Positions 28,268-37,484 of a stretch of 64,000 nucleotides of DNA are shown here, piece after piece. The position numbers and the translations under genes were made by a program. The notes beneath the pieces were generated by a model. It worked only from the letters and a program-made list of their open reading frames with translations, had not been told where the DNA came from and did no database searches. Positions within the stretch are counted from its first letter, which is position 1, and each line of letters starts with the position of its first letter. Source of the DNA: an uncultured Bacilli bacterium (GTDB lineage Bacteria; Bacillota_I; Bacilli_A; RF39; UBA660); contig CANRDN010000005.1 of NCBI GenBank assembly GCA_947629375.1, positions 6,968 to 70,967 of the forward strand. The letters are read 5' to 3'.

Positions 28268-28650
28268 ACTCAGGTGGGCTTTTAGGAATGGGATTTTTAA
28301 AATCTAGACAGAAACAGTTTTATTTACCAGAACCACAGACAGACTTTATTTTTTCAATCATTAGTGAAGAGTTTGGTGTAATGGGGGTAATAATTGTTGT
28401 TGCATTATTTTTATTACTTGTTTACTTTGGTTTTAAGATTGCCATTAATGCCCAAGATGGCTTTGCAAAATATTTATCATTTGGATTAGTATTTCAAATA
28501 CTTATTCAAGCTATAATGAATCTTTGTGTAGTTATTGGACTTATTCCTGTTACTGGAGTAACTTTACCTTTCCTTAGTTATGGTGGTTCTTCCTTACTAG
28601 TCAGTATGGCTAGTATTGGCATTATTTTAAATATTTCAAAAAATAGTTAA
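28264..28650 (+). CDS. ftsW: SEDS-family protein, C-terminal 128-aa segment
   Basis: Contains SGGLLGMGFLKSRQKQFYLPEPQTDFIFSI and LPFLSYGGSSLL, the conserved SEDS C-terminal motifs. Confidence 0.8.
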   Translation: MNSGGLLGMGFLKSRQKQFYLPEPQTDFIFSIISEEFGVMGVIIVVALFLLLVYFGFKIAINAQDGFAKYLSFGLVFQILIQAIMNLCVVIGLIPVTGVTLPFLSYGGSSLLVSMASIGIILNISKNS

Positions 28651-28658
28651 AATAATAT

Positions 28659-28687
28659 TGACATATGAACAAATGTTTGATATATTT
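28659..28687 (+). promoter_or_regulatory. putative promoter (TTGACA, 17-nt spacer, TATATT)
   Basis: Found by eye upstream of the ORF6N gene. Confidence 0.3.
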
Positions 28688-28720
28688 TGACTGTAAATGA
28701 AGTTAGGGGGATATTTATAA

Positions 28721-29254
28721 ATGAATGGTATTGAATTATTAGAAGAATCAAAAATAGAAAATATGATTTATGAAGTAAGAGGAAAGCAAGTAATGTTGGA
28801 TTCTGATTTAGCTTTATTATACCAAGTTGAGACAAAAAGAATTAATGAAGCTGTTAGAAATAATTTAGAAAAATTTCCTGAAAGATTCTCTTGGTTATTG
28901 TCAAATAATGAATTGGATTTTTTGAGGTCGAAATTTTCGACCTCAAGTTTAGTGAATAATAATCATGGTTGTAGAAGATATAGTCCTCGTGTTTTTACTG
29001 AACAAGGTGTAGCGATGCTTGCCACTATTTTAAAATCTACTGTTGCAACTCAAGTTAGTATTGCTATTATGGATGCTTTTGTATTAATGCGAAAATATAT
29101 TTCTAATGAATTAATTGAACAGAAATATATTAACAATTTAGTGATAAAACATGATGAAGATATCAAATTGTTACAAGACTCTTTTAATAAATTCAAAGGG
29201 AAAAAGATTATGAAATTTATTTTAAAAAATATTAAACTTGAAGTTTTAGTTTGA
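28721..29254 (+). CDS. ORF6N-domain protein (KilA-N-related DNA-binding family)
   Basis: VRGKQVMLDSDLALLYQVETKRINEAVRNNLEKFPERF ... RRYSPRVFTEQGVAMLATIL matches the ORF6N consensus. Confidence 0.65.
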   Translation: MNGIELLEESKIENMIYEVRGKQVMLDSDLALLYQVETKRINEAVRNNLEKFPERFSWLLSNNELDFLRSKFSTSSLVNNNHGCRRYSPRVFTEQGVAMLATILKSTVATQVSIAIMDAFVLMRKYISNELIEQKYINNLVIKHDEDIKLLQDSFNKFKGKKIMKFILKNIKLEVLV

Positions 29255-29362
29255 AACTTCTTTACAAATGGATATTATATTTGAAGATGAATACTATAAA
29301 TGTTATATTAATATTATAAAAAAACATCAAGAAATTGAACAAAAAAAGGAGGGAGAAACAAT

Positions 29363-29926
29363 ATGAAAAAAATAACTTATGTAACTGGAAACTGGGCTAA
29401 AGTAAAAAGTGCTAAACAAATCTTAGAACCTTTAGGGTATACAATCGACAATGTCAAAATGGATACTATAGAAATTCAAGCAGAAAATGTTGATGAAGTA
29501 GCAGCTTACTCAGCAAAATATGCAAGTCAAAAACTTAAAACATCTGTTTTAAAAAATGACACTGGATTATTTATTGAAGCTTTAAATGGATTTCCTGGAC
29601 CTTATACTCATTATGTAGAAGATAAAATTGGTGAAGAAAAAGTTTTAAAACTACTAGAGAATGAGAAAAACCGTAAAGCTTACTTTATAGAATCTTTTGC
29701 TTATTGTGAATATAAAAAAGAACCAGTAATATTTAGATCTGTTACTAAAGGACATATTGCCAAAGAAAAATCTGGAACCTATGGATGGGGTTGGGACTTT
29801 ATCTTTATTCCTGATGGAAGTGACAAAACACTTGCTAACTATCCAGATAACGAAAGATTTGCTCTATGGGATGATACTGCATATAAAGAATTAGTAGAAT
29901 ATCTAGAAAAGAAAGACAATAAGTAG
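29363..29926 (+). CDS. non-canonical purine NTP pyrophosphatase (Ham1/RdgB/ITPase family)
   Basis: 187 aa with the C-terminal motif GWGWDFIFIP, resembling GFGYDPIFxP. Confidence 0.75.
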   Translation: MKKITYVTGNWAKVKSAKQILEPLGYTIDNVKMDTIEIQAENVDEVAAYSAKYASQKLKTSVLKNDTGLFIEALNGFPGPYTHYVEDKIGEEKVLKLLENEKNRKAYFIESFAYCEYKKEPVIFRSVTKGHIAKEKSGTYGWGWDFIFIPDGSDKTLANYPDNERFALWDDTAYKELVEYLEKKDNK

Positions 29927-29947
29927 AAGAAAGATTTCTTCTTTTTT
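29926..29947 (+). terminator. rho-independent terminator
   Basis: GAAGA/TCTTC stem followed by T6. Confidence 0.4.
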
Positions 29948-29984
29948 ATTTCTATGTTATAATTTTTATATTAATGGAGGATTT

Positions 29985-31172
29985 ATGAGAAATGTTGGAA
30001 CAGTAGTACGAGGAATTCGTACGCCTATAATCAAGGAGCACGATGATTTAGCAAATATTGTTGTTGATTCTTTAATGGCAGCACAAGAAAGTGAAGGGTT
30101 TACTTTTCACGATAAAGATGTAGTAGCTGTTACAGAAGCTGTCGTAGGAATCAGTGAAGGAAATTATGTAACAGTAGATGAAATAGCAGAAGACTTAAAA
30201 AACAAATTCCCAAGTGGTAATATTGGAGTAGTATTCCCAATACTTAGTAGAAATAGATTTTCAATGATTTTAAAAGGTATTGCTCGTGGAATGAAAAAAG
30301 TAACGATGTTATTATCATTTCCAAGTGATGAAGTAGGAAATGGAATACTTGATGAAGATGTATTAGATAAAAGTAAATATAACTTATCTAGTGTTATAAC
30401 TGAAAAAGAATACAAAGAAACTTTTGCATCTTGGATTCATCCTTTCACTGGAATCAATATGGTTGATTTCTATAGAGATTTAATAACGAAAGAAAATTGT
30501 GAAGTAGAATTTGTTTTTGCAAATGACCCTAAAGTAATTTTAAATTATACGAAAGATGTTTTGACTTGTGATATTCATACAAGACTTCGTACTAAAAAAT
30601 TATTAGAGGAAGCAGGAGCAGAAAAAGTATATGGATTATTTGAAGTTATGAATGCTCCAATAGGTAATAGTGGTTATAATCCAACATATGGACTTTTAGG
30701 TTCTAATAAATCAACAGAAGAAAGATTAAAATTATTCCCTAAAACTGGTGATAAATTAGTTCTTGATATTCAAAACAAATTAAAAGAAAAAACTGGTAAG
30801 ACAATCGAAGTAATGGTTTATGGTGATGGAGCATTTAAAGATCCAGTTGGTAAAATTTGGGAGTTAGCAGATCCAGTTGTATCACCTGCATACACTTCTG
30901 GTCTTGTAGGAACTCCAAACGAAATAAAATTAAAATATGTATCTGATAATAAATTTGCTGATTTGCGTGGCGACGAATTAAAAGAAGCTATAAAAGATGA
31001 AATAAGACAAAAAGAAAAAGATCTTAAAGGAAATATGTTATCTCAAGGGACAACTCCAAGAAGACTTACAGATTTAATCGGATCTTTATGTGATTTAACA
31101 AGTGGAAGCGGAGATAAAGGAACTCCAGTAGTATTTGTTCAAGGATATTTTGATAATTTAGCAAACGATTAG
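29985..31172 (+). CDS. CofE-like (F420-0:gamma-glutamyl ligase family) protein
   Basis: N-terminus MRNVGTVVRGIRTPIIKEHDDLANIV resembles the CofE-family N-terminus. Function outside F420 producers is unknown. Confidence 0.5.
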   Translation: MRNVGTVVRGIRTPIIKEHDDLANIVVDSLMAAQESEGFTFHDKDVVAVTEAVVGISEGNYVTVDEIAEDLKNKFPSGNIGVVFPILSRNRFSMILKGIARGMKKVTMLLSFPSDEVGNGILDEDVLDKSKYNLSSVITEKEYKETFASWIHPFTGINMVDFYRDLITKENCEVEFVFANDPKVILNYTKDVLTCDIHTRLRTKKLLEEAGAEKVYGLFEVMNAPIGNSGYNPTYGLLGSNKSTEERLKLFPKTGDKLVLDIQNKLKEKTGKTIEVMVYGDGAFKDPVGKIWELADPVVSPAYTSGLVGTPNEIKLKYVSDNKFADLRGDELKEAIKDEIRQKEKDLKGNMLSQGTTPRRLTDLIGSLCDLTSGSGDKGTPVVFVQGYFDNLAND

Positions 31173-31219
31173 ACTTGAAAATAGATAGAAAAAGTATAAA
31201 ATAAAACAAGAGGTGGATT

Positions 31220-32641
31220 ATGAAAAACAAAAGTATAACTTCAAGAGATGAAGATTTTGCAAAATGGTATACGGATGTTGTAAATGCTGCTCACTTAGCA
31301 AGCTACACATCAGTTAAAGGATGTATTGCTATCGAACCGAATGGTTATGCTATCTGGGAAAAAATGCAAGAAATTCTCGATAAGAAATTTAAAGAACTAG
31401 GACACGTCAATGTTCAGATGCCATTATTAATCCCTGAAAATTTATTAAAAAAAGAAAGTGAATTAGTAGAAGGATTTGCTCCAGAAGTTGCGTGGGTAAC
31501 TCAAGGTGGTAGTAAAGAACTAGAAGAAAGACACTGTATAAGACCAACTAGTGAAACGATGTTTTGTGATTATTATAAAGATCATATTTCATCATATCGT
31601 GATTTACCAAAACTATATAATCAGTGGTGTAATGTTTTAAGATGGGAGAAAGAAACAAGACCATTCTTAAGAAGTCGTGAATTTTTATGGCAAGAAGGAC
31701 ACACAATTCACGCAACGGCCAAAGAAGCAGAAGAAGAAACTAATAGAATGATGGAAGTATACAAATGGTTCCATCATGAAATACTAGCAATACCAACCAT
31801 CGTTGGACGAAAAACAGAAAAAGAGAAGTTCGCTGGTGCTGAGTACACACTTACAAATGAAGCTTTAATGTACAATGGAGTGGCACTTCAATCAGGAACA
31901 AGTCATTATTTTGGACAAAAATTTTCTAAAGCTTATGATGTAAAATTTTTAAATAAAGAAAATAAACAAGAATTTGTTTATCAAACATCTTGGGGTACTA
32001 CAACTCGTATGATTGGTGGACTTATTATGGTTCATAGCGATGACTACGGTCTTGTTCTTCCACCAAGAATTGCACCTACTCAAGTAATTATCATTCCAAT
32101 AGGAAACAGTGAAGAAGTATTAAATCTAGTAGATAAATATGAGAATTTATTAAAAGAAAATGGAATAAGTGTTAAGAAAGACTTAACAGATAAAACTCCT
32201 GGATTTAAATTTGCTGAAGCAGAAGTAAATGGAATACCAGTAAGAATTGAAATAGGTGAAAGAGATTTAAAAGAAAATAAAGTAACTTTTGTAAGACGTG
32301 ACACAAGAGAAAAATTAGTGGAAGATAAAAATATCGATGTTGTCAAATTCACAAAAGAACTACTAGAAACAATTCAAAAAGATATGTACGAAAGAGCTCT
32401 TGAAAGAAGAAATAAACTTACATTTAAAGCTCATAACTTGAAAGAGATGGAAGATATTCTTAACACGCAACCTGGATTTATTTATGCCGATTGGTGTGGC
32501 GATAAAGACTGCGAATTAAAAGTAAAAGAGATAAAAGGATGTAAATCTCGTTGTATTACTGATGAACCACTAATCGATGGTAAATGTGTTTGCTGTGGAA
32601 AAGAAGCAAAATATAGTGTAATTTGGGGAATTCAATATTAA
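31220..32641 (+). CDS. proS: proline--tRNA ligase, archaeal/eukaryotic-type with C-terminal zinc-binding domain
   Basis: 473 aa with class II motifs and a C-terminal Cys cluster CGDKDCELK...CVCCGKEAK. Confidence 0.9.
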   Translation: MKNKSITSRDEDFAKWYTDVVNAAHLASYTSVKGCIAIEPNGYAIWEKMQEILDKKFKELGHVNVQMPLLIPENLLKKESELVEGFAPEVAWVTQGGSKELEERHCIRPTSETMFCDYYKDHISSYRDLPKLYNQWCNVLRWEKETRPFLRSREFLWQEGHTIHATAKEAEEETNRMMEVYKWFHHEILAIPTIVGRKTEKEKFAGAEYTLTNEALMYNGVALQSGTSHYFGQKFSKAYDVKFLNKENKQEFVYQTSWGTTTRMIGGLIMVHSDDYGLVLPPRIAPTQVIIIPIGNSEEVLNLVDKYENLLKENGISVKKDLTDKTPGFKFAEAEVNGIPVRIEIGERDLKENKVTFVRRDTREKLVEDKNIDVVKFTKELLETIQKDMYERALERRNKLTFKAHNLKEMEDILNTQPGFIYADWCGDKDCELKVKEIKGCKSRCITDEPLIDGKCVCCGKEAKYSVIWGIQY

Positions 32642-32642
32642 T

Positions 32643-33125
32643 ATGAGAGAAAGTATAAAAGTAAAAAATTCTGAAACAAATTTTAAATATCGAGTAGCAG
32701 GTATCCTAATGAAAGATGGTAAAGTACTTTTAGATATGGCAAATGATAATGGCTTTTTGTGCCTTCCTGGTGGTTATGTTGAACTTGGTGAAACAAGTGA
32801 TGTTGCTATCCTAAGAGAAATGAAAGAAGAACTAGGAAAAGATTTTGTTATCGATAAGTATTGTGGAATCATTGAAAATTTCTTTAAGAAGAAAAATGAA
32901 AAAATCCACGAACTATCAATTTACTATTTGCTTGCCACTAAAGATGAAATAAAAGTAGAAGATTATGATTCTCTTGAAAATGACAAAGGAAATATGATAA
33001 GACATTCATTTAGATGGATTCCTTTAAAAGAGATAAATAATTATGACATTAGACCAGATTATTTAAAAGATTTGTTACAAAGTGAAGATATGGAATTTAT
33101 TCATAAAATATATAAAGAGAAATAG
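32643..33125 (+). CDS. NUDIX hydrolase
   Basis: Nudix box GGYVELGETSDVAILREMKEELG. Confidence 0.8.
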   Translation: MRESIKVKNSETNFKYRVAGILMKDGKVLLDMANDNGFLCLPGGYVELGETSDVAILREMKEELGKDFVIDKYCGIIENFFKKKNEKIHELSIYYLLATKDEIKVEDYDSLENDKGNMIRHSFRWIPLKEINNYDIRPDYLKDLLQSEDMEFIHKIYKEK

Positions 33126-33134
33126 AGGAGAACT

Positions 33135-33722
33135 ATGAAGAAGAAAGTTATATTAATATTAAGTGTATTTTTAGTTATGTTAACTTTAACAGGATGTGGC
33201 TCAAAGAAAGAAGTAGATAAATATGCTAAAAAAATAAATGTTAATATGGAAATTAAAGACTATGGAACGATAAGCTTAGAGTTATATCCTGATTTAGCAC
33301 CAGTAACAGTTGATAATTTTGTAAAATTAGTTAAAAGTGGCTTTTATGATGGATTAACATTCCATAGAGTTATCGATGGATTTATGATTCAAGGAGGAGA
33401 TCCACAAGGTGATGGCTTTGGTGGAAGTGACCAAACAATTAAAGGAGAATTTTTATCAAACGGCTTTCAAAATGATTTAAAGCACGAGCGTGGCGTTATA
33501 TCAATGGCAAGAGCAACTGACCCAAACTCTGCAAGTAGTCAATTCTTTATCGTTCAGACAACTTACCCATCTCTTGATGGATTGTATGCAAGTTTTGGAA
33601 GAGTAACTAGTGGTATTGAGATAGTAGACAAAATTTGCAAAGATACACCTGTTGAAGATGATAATGGAACAGTATTAAAAGAAAATCAACCTGTTATAAC
33701 AAAAGTGTATGTAGTTGAATAA
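33135..33722 (+). CDS. cyclophilin-type peptidyl-prolyl cis-trans isomerase lipoprotein
   Basis: Lipobox LTGC at residues 18-21. Cyclophilin motifs FHRVIDGFMIQGGDP and SMARA. Confidence 0.85.
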   Translation: MKKKVILILSVFLVMLTLTGCGSKKEVDKYAKKINVNMEIKDYGTISLELYPDLAPVTVDNFVKLVKSGFYDGLTFHRVIDGFMIQGGDPQGDGFGGSDQTIKGEFLSNGFQNDLKHERGVISMARATDPNSASSQFFIVQTTYPSLDGLYASFGRVTSGIEIVDKICKDTPVEDDNGTVLKENQPVITKVYVVE

Positions 33723-33759
33723 AACAAAATATTGATTTAAACTTAAGATAGTATTAAAA

Positions 33760-33895
33760 TAAGTGTATAAATGTGATGACCGAGGTGGAAACTCGAGAGC
33801 AATATGTAATTAAGATTCTTCTTGAATGAAGTAGGGTGGAACAGCGTCATAGTACGCCCCTACAAAAGGAAGAATCTTTTTAATTTTTAGGAGGA
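33760..33895 (+). promoter_or_regulatory. probable T-box riboswitch leader for glyS (minimal glyQS-type)
   Basis: AGTAGGGTGGAACAGCG resembles the T-box consensus AAUUAGGGUGGNACCGCG. Complementary GTAGGG ... CCCCTAC segments lie upstream of a Gly-tRNA synthetase gene. Confidence 0.45.
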
Positions 33896-33901
33896 ATAAA
33901 T

Positions 33902-35272
33902 ATGGAAGAAATAACAATGGAAAAACTAGTTAATTATTGCAAACAATATGGATTTATATTCCAAGGTAGTGAAATATATGGAGGACTTGCTAACACTTGG
34001 GATTATGGACCACTAGGAAGTAGGTTAAAAAACAATATTAAAGATGCTTGGAGAAAAAAGTTCATCCAAGAAAGAAAAAATGCTTATGAATTAGATGCCG
34101 ATATTCTAATGCATCCAAGAGTTTGGGAAGCATCAGGCCACGTTGGAAGCTTTAGTGACCCACTAATCGATTGCAAAGAATGTAAAACTCGTCATAGAGC
34201 TGATAACTTAATAGAAAACTTTGATAGTAATGCTCATCCAGATTCAATGACAGATGATGAAATGGTAAAGTTTATAAATGATAACAAGGTTCCTTGTCCA
34301 AATTGTGGTGCATCTAATTTCACAGGAATCCGTGAATTTAACTTAATGTTTGAAACTCATAGAGGAGTTATCAAAGATAATAAAAGTGTCGTATACTTAA
34401 GGCCAGAAAATGCTCAAGGTGAATATGTTAACTTTCAAAATGTTTTAAGAAGTCAAAGAACAAAGTTACCTTTTAGTATTGGACAAATTGGTAAAGCCTT
34501 TAGAAATGAAATAACACCAGGAAACTTTACTTTTAGAACAATCGAGTTTGAGCAGATGGAATATCAAACATTTTGCAAAAAAGGTGAAGATGAAGAGCTA
34601 TATGAATACTTTAAAGATTTTGGTAAAAAGTTTTTTATGTCTCTTGGATTACCAGAAGATAAATTAAGATTCCACGACCACGAAAAACTTGCTCACTATG
34701 CTAAAACTGCCTGTGACATAGAATACTTATTCCCATTTGGATGGGGCGAGATAAATGGAACTCACAATAGAACTGATTTTGATTTAACTCGTCATCAAGA
34801 ATATAGTGGTGAGTCTCAAGAATACTTTGATCAAGATGCTAAAGAGAAATATATTCCATATATTATCGAATCAACTTATGGACTTGATAGAACAGTTCTT
34901 GCTGTATTGTTTAACAGTTATAGAGTAGAACAACTTGAAAATGGTGAAGAAAGAGAAGTACTTGGAATTCATCCATATCTTGCACCTTACAAAGTAGTAG
35001 TACTTCCACTTATAAAAAAATATCATAGTGAAAAAGCAGAAGAAATATACGAAAAACTTTCTAAACACTTTATGACAGATTATGATGATTCTGGAAATAT
35101 TGGAAAGCGTTATAGAAGAGCAGATGTAATTGGAACACCTTTTGCAGTAACAATCGATGATAACACATTAAATGAAAATACTGTTACTATAAGAGATAGA
35201 GATACAATGGAACAAGTAACAGTAAATGTTAATGATTTGGAAAAATATATCGAAGAAAGAATTAAGTTTTAA
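33902..35272 (+). CDS. glyS: glycine--tRNA ligase (alpha2 homodimeric type)
   Basis: 456 aa with class II motifs. RBS AGGAGGA. Confidence 0.9.
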   Translation: MEEITMEKLVNYCKQYGFIFQGSEIYGGLANTWDYGPLGSRLKNNIKDAWRKKFIQERKNAYELDADILMHPRVWEASGHVGSFSDPLIDCKECKTRHRADNLIENFDSNAHPDSMTDDEMVKFINDNKVPCPNCGASNFTGIREFNLMFETHRGVIKDNKSVVYLRPENAQGEYVNFQNVLRSQRTKLPFSIGQIGKAFRNEITPGNFTFRTIEFEQMEYQTFCKKGEDEELYEYFKDFGKKFFMSLGLPEDKLRFHDHEKLAHYAKTACDIEYLFPFGWGEINGTHNRTDFDLTRHQEYSGESQEYFDQDAKEKYIPYIIESTYGLDRTVLAVLFNSYRVEQLENGEEREVLGIHPYLAPYKVVVLPLIKKYHSEKAEEIYEKLSKHFMTDYDDSGNIGKRYRRADVIGTPFAVTIDDNTLNENTVTIRDRDTMEQVTVNVNDLEKYIEERIKF

Positions 35273-35366
35273 AAAAGTAAAACATTGTGTAAAGGTACTT
35301 ACATCTTTTAAAGCATAAATAATAGCAAAATAATAAAATATGTTATACTCTAAATGGAGGTGTCTT

Positions 35367-36977
35367 ATGCTAACATATGATGAAATAATCAGTTTTTGTT
35401 CAAATTATAGAATTGAAAATGGAACAGTTATTGATAACAAAACAAATGAAAAAGTAACTGATGAAGACACTATTCTAAAAGTAAAATCTTCAGTCTTAAT
35501 TTTTAAAGAAGCCAGAAGTAGTTATCAAGAAGATATGGTTCAATTTGATCAAACAAGAAAATCAAAAGAAGATTATGTCAAAAAGACTATGGAAAAGTTT
35601 AGTGTAAACGATGAAGAAAACACCTTTGGAATAAACAAATTAATAAGAGCAATTATTTCGTCAAACGGACATTACGAAGAGTATATTTCTGGAAATGATT
35701 TACAAAATGGTAAATTTTCAATTCTAGTTGAACCAAAAAAAGATTATGGCCTTGCTTATTTGAGATTAAAATTTAGAGAAAAAGGACTTGATTTAGAATC
35801 CTTTAATATAAGTCAAGATTTAAGTGAGTTAAAACATAATGGTGTATCAAAAGTTATTATAGATTTTAAAGTAAAACAAAAAGAAAAAACTAACATAGAA
35901 GATAAAGAATCAATTTATAGACATCCTAAAGCTGATATTTTAAATGAACTTGAAAAGCAAAAAAACGATGCAAAACAGATGGGTGATGAGGTTGGTTACA
36001 ATTATGCTTTAAGAAATATAGAACGAATAGTAAGAGAAGAACCTGCCTATGTATCTGCTGAAGAATTTAATAAAATGAGTATTGAAAGTAAAAAAGCTTT
36101 TATTAAAGTTAAAATTAATGAAGCTAGAGTTCTTAGAAATAAAGCTGTCTTTGATTATTGGACTCAAAACTTAAGTAAATTAGAGCAAAGGGAATTAGAT
36201 AAAAGTGAACCAGTTCATAGTGAGCCTAATAAAGTTGGTGAGAAAGAAAATCCACCAATACCAGTTGTAGAAGTTGAGAAAAGAAAATATCAAATACCGG
36301 TTGTAGAAACTAATAGAGAAAAAGAACCTGTTCAATCAAATCCTGTAAGTCAAGTAACACCCAATGAAGAAAGAACTAAAAAAGAAAAACACAACTATAA
36401 ATATTACTTTGATGAAATGATGAAAGTGATACAAAGATATAATCCTGATAATGCAACAGCAGAAGAAAAAAAACAGGCAATTGGGGAAATTTACTATTAT
36501 ATGGGATATATGACATCAAGTTTAACAAATATGCACGAAATATTTGATTTGAATTTCCTAGTAATTAATGAACTATCAGATACTCCTTTTAAAATAAAAT
36601 TAAGAGATAGTATTTTAAAAGATATAATATGGCAAAAGAATAAAATAACTACAAATACTTACGAGAAAGAAGAAACAAAAGAATTGGATTCTAAGTTTTC
36701 TAGAGCTATGCAGGAATTACGATCTAAATTAAAAAAGATTCAACAATCTTATAAAAATATGTTACAAGATGGTTCAATCGATGAAGATGAATTAAATGTA
36801 CTACTTGGACAAATGAGTAGAATTGTAGAAGATAGTTATTCTTTGAAAAGATTTATTACTACCGATGAAGCCAAAGAAGATTTAAGAATAGTTATAAATG
36901 AATTAGAAGAACAAAAAGAAAAGATGTTAAGAGTACAAAGAGGAGTAGAAGATTTAAAGGGTGGATTAAGATATTAA
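35367..36977 (+). CDS. hypothetical cytoplasmic helical protein (536 aa); its C-terminal region is paralogous to 42577..43491
   Basis: ATG at 35367 after AATGGAGGTG. Shares YYF(D/E)xM..(I/V)...NP.NA...E.K.A and D(D/E)(D/E)L..L.GQ... with the 304-aa protein. Confidence 0.5.
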   Translation: MLTYDEIISFCSNYRIENGTVIDNKTNEKVTDEDTILKVKSSVLIFKEARSSYQEDMVQFDQTRKSKEDYVKKTMEKFSVNDEENTFGINKLIRAIISSNGHYEEYISGNDLQNGKFSILVEPKKDYGLAYLRLKFREKGLDLESFNISQDLSELKHNGVSKVIIDFKVKQKEKTNIEDKESIYRHPKADILNELEKQKNDAKQMGDEVGYNYALRNIERIVREEPAYVSAEEFNKMSIESKKAFIKVKINEARVLRNKAVFDYWTQNLSKLEQRELDKSEPVHSEPNKVGEKENPPIPVVEVEKRKYQIPVVETNREKEPVQSNPVSQVTPNEERTKKEKHNYKYYFDEMMKVIQRYNPDNATAEEKKQAIGEIYYYMGYMTSSLTNMHEIFDLNFLVINELSDTPFKIKLRDSILKDIIWQKNKITTNTYEKEETKELDSKFSRAMQELRSKLKKIQQSYKNMLQDGSIDEDELNVLLGQMSRIVEDSYSLKRFITTDEAKEDLRIVINELEEQKEKMLRVQRGVEDLKGGLRY

Positions 36978-36995
36978 AATCGATATATAAAAAAG

Positions 36996-37022
36996 AATGT
37001 AGACATTTGAGTCTACATTTTT
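36996..37022 (+). terminator. rho-independent terminator
   Basis: AATGTAGAC-ATTTGA-GTCTACATT hairpin followed by T tract. Confidence 0.55.
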
Positions 37023-37045
37023 AAGTTTAAAATCAAAGAAACATT

Positions 37046-37363
37046 TTACTTTTTGTATAATGCAACTGCCATCGTATATTCCTTTTCGTGAGAAATGGAA
37101 ACATCAATATTTTTAATATTACATTTAGGACTACCATCTTTGTTTGTCAAAATTTCGATATCTAAAAAATTTAATTCTTTCGTGTTATCCAAAACTTTCA
37201 TAATAGCTTCTTTAGCAGCAAATCTTCCATAAAGGTATGAGTTTCCTCTTTCTTTAAATTCTTCTTGCTCTTTTTTAGTTAGAACATAGTCAATAAAACT
37301 TTGATTTTTATTTTGAAGTCGTTTATTTTCTACAATATCGCATCCAATTTTCACGGTAATCAT
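37046..37363 (-). CDS. acpS: holo-[acyl-carrier-protein] synthase (4'-phosphopantetheinyl transferase)
   Basis: MITVKIGCDIVE ... FAAKEAIMK ... ISHEKEYTMAVALY are AcpS signatures. The longer N-terminal extension in the ORF track is ignored. Confidence 0.8.
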   Translation of the reverse strand: MITVKIGCDIVENKRLQNKNQSFIDYVLTKKEQEEFKERGNSYLYGRFAAKEAIMKVLDNTKELNFLDIEILTNKDGSPKCNIKNIDVSISHEKEYTMAVALYKK

Positions 37364-37484
37364 CCTTTCCGTTTGTTTTGTTTCATTATAGCGTATATTT
37401 AAAACTATGTAAATCTTGACGCACAAAAAGGTATATTTTATAATAAATATTGGTAATAAGGCTGATATTAGAATAGGTGATTTG

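Larger units (their letters stand above)
24622..28270 (+). mobile_element. about 3.65-kb intervening element inserted in the SEDS gene; carries a large serine recombinase at its right end
   Basis: The gene halves lie at 23910..24626 and 28264..28650. CAGGTG is present at both junctions (24616-24621 and 28271-28276). Joining there restores ...SLYAIGPG-GLLGMGF... in frame. The recombinase stop overlaps the right junction. Confidence 0.7.
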
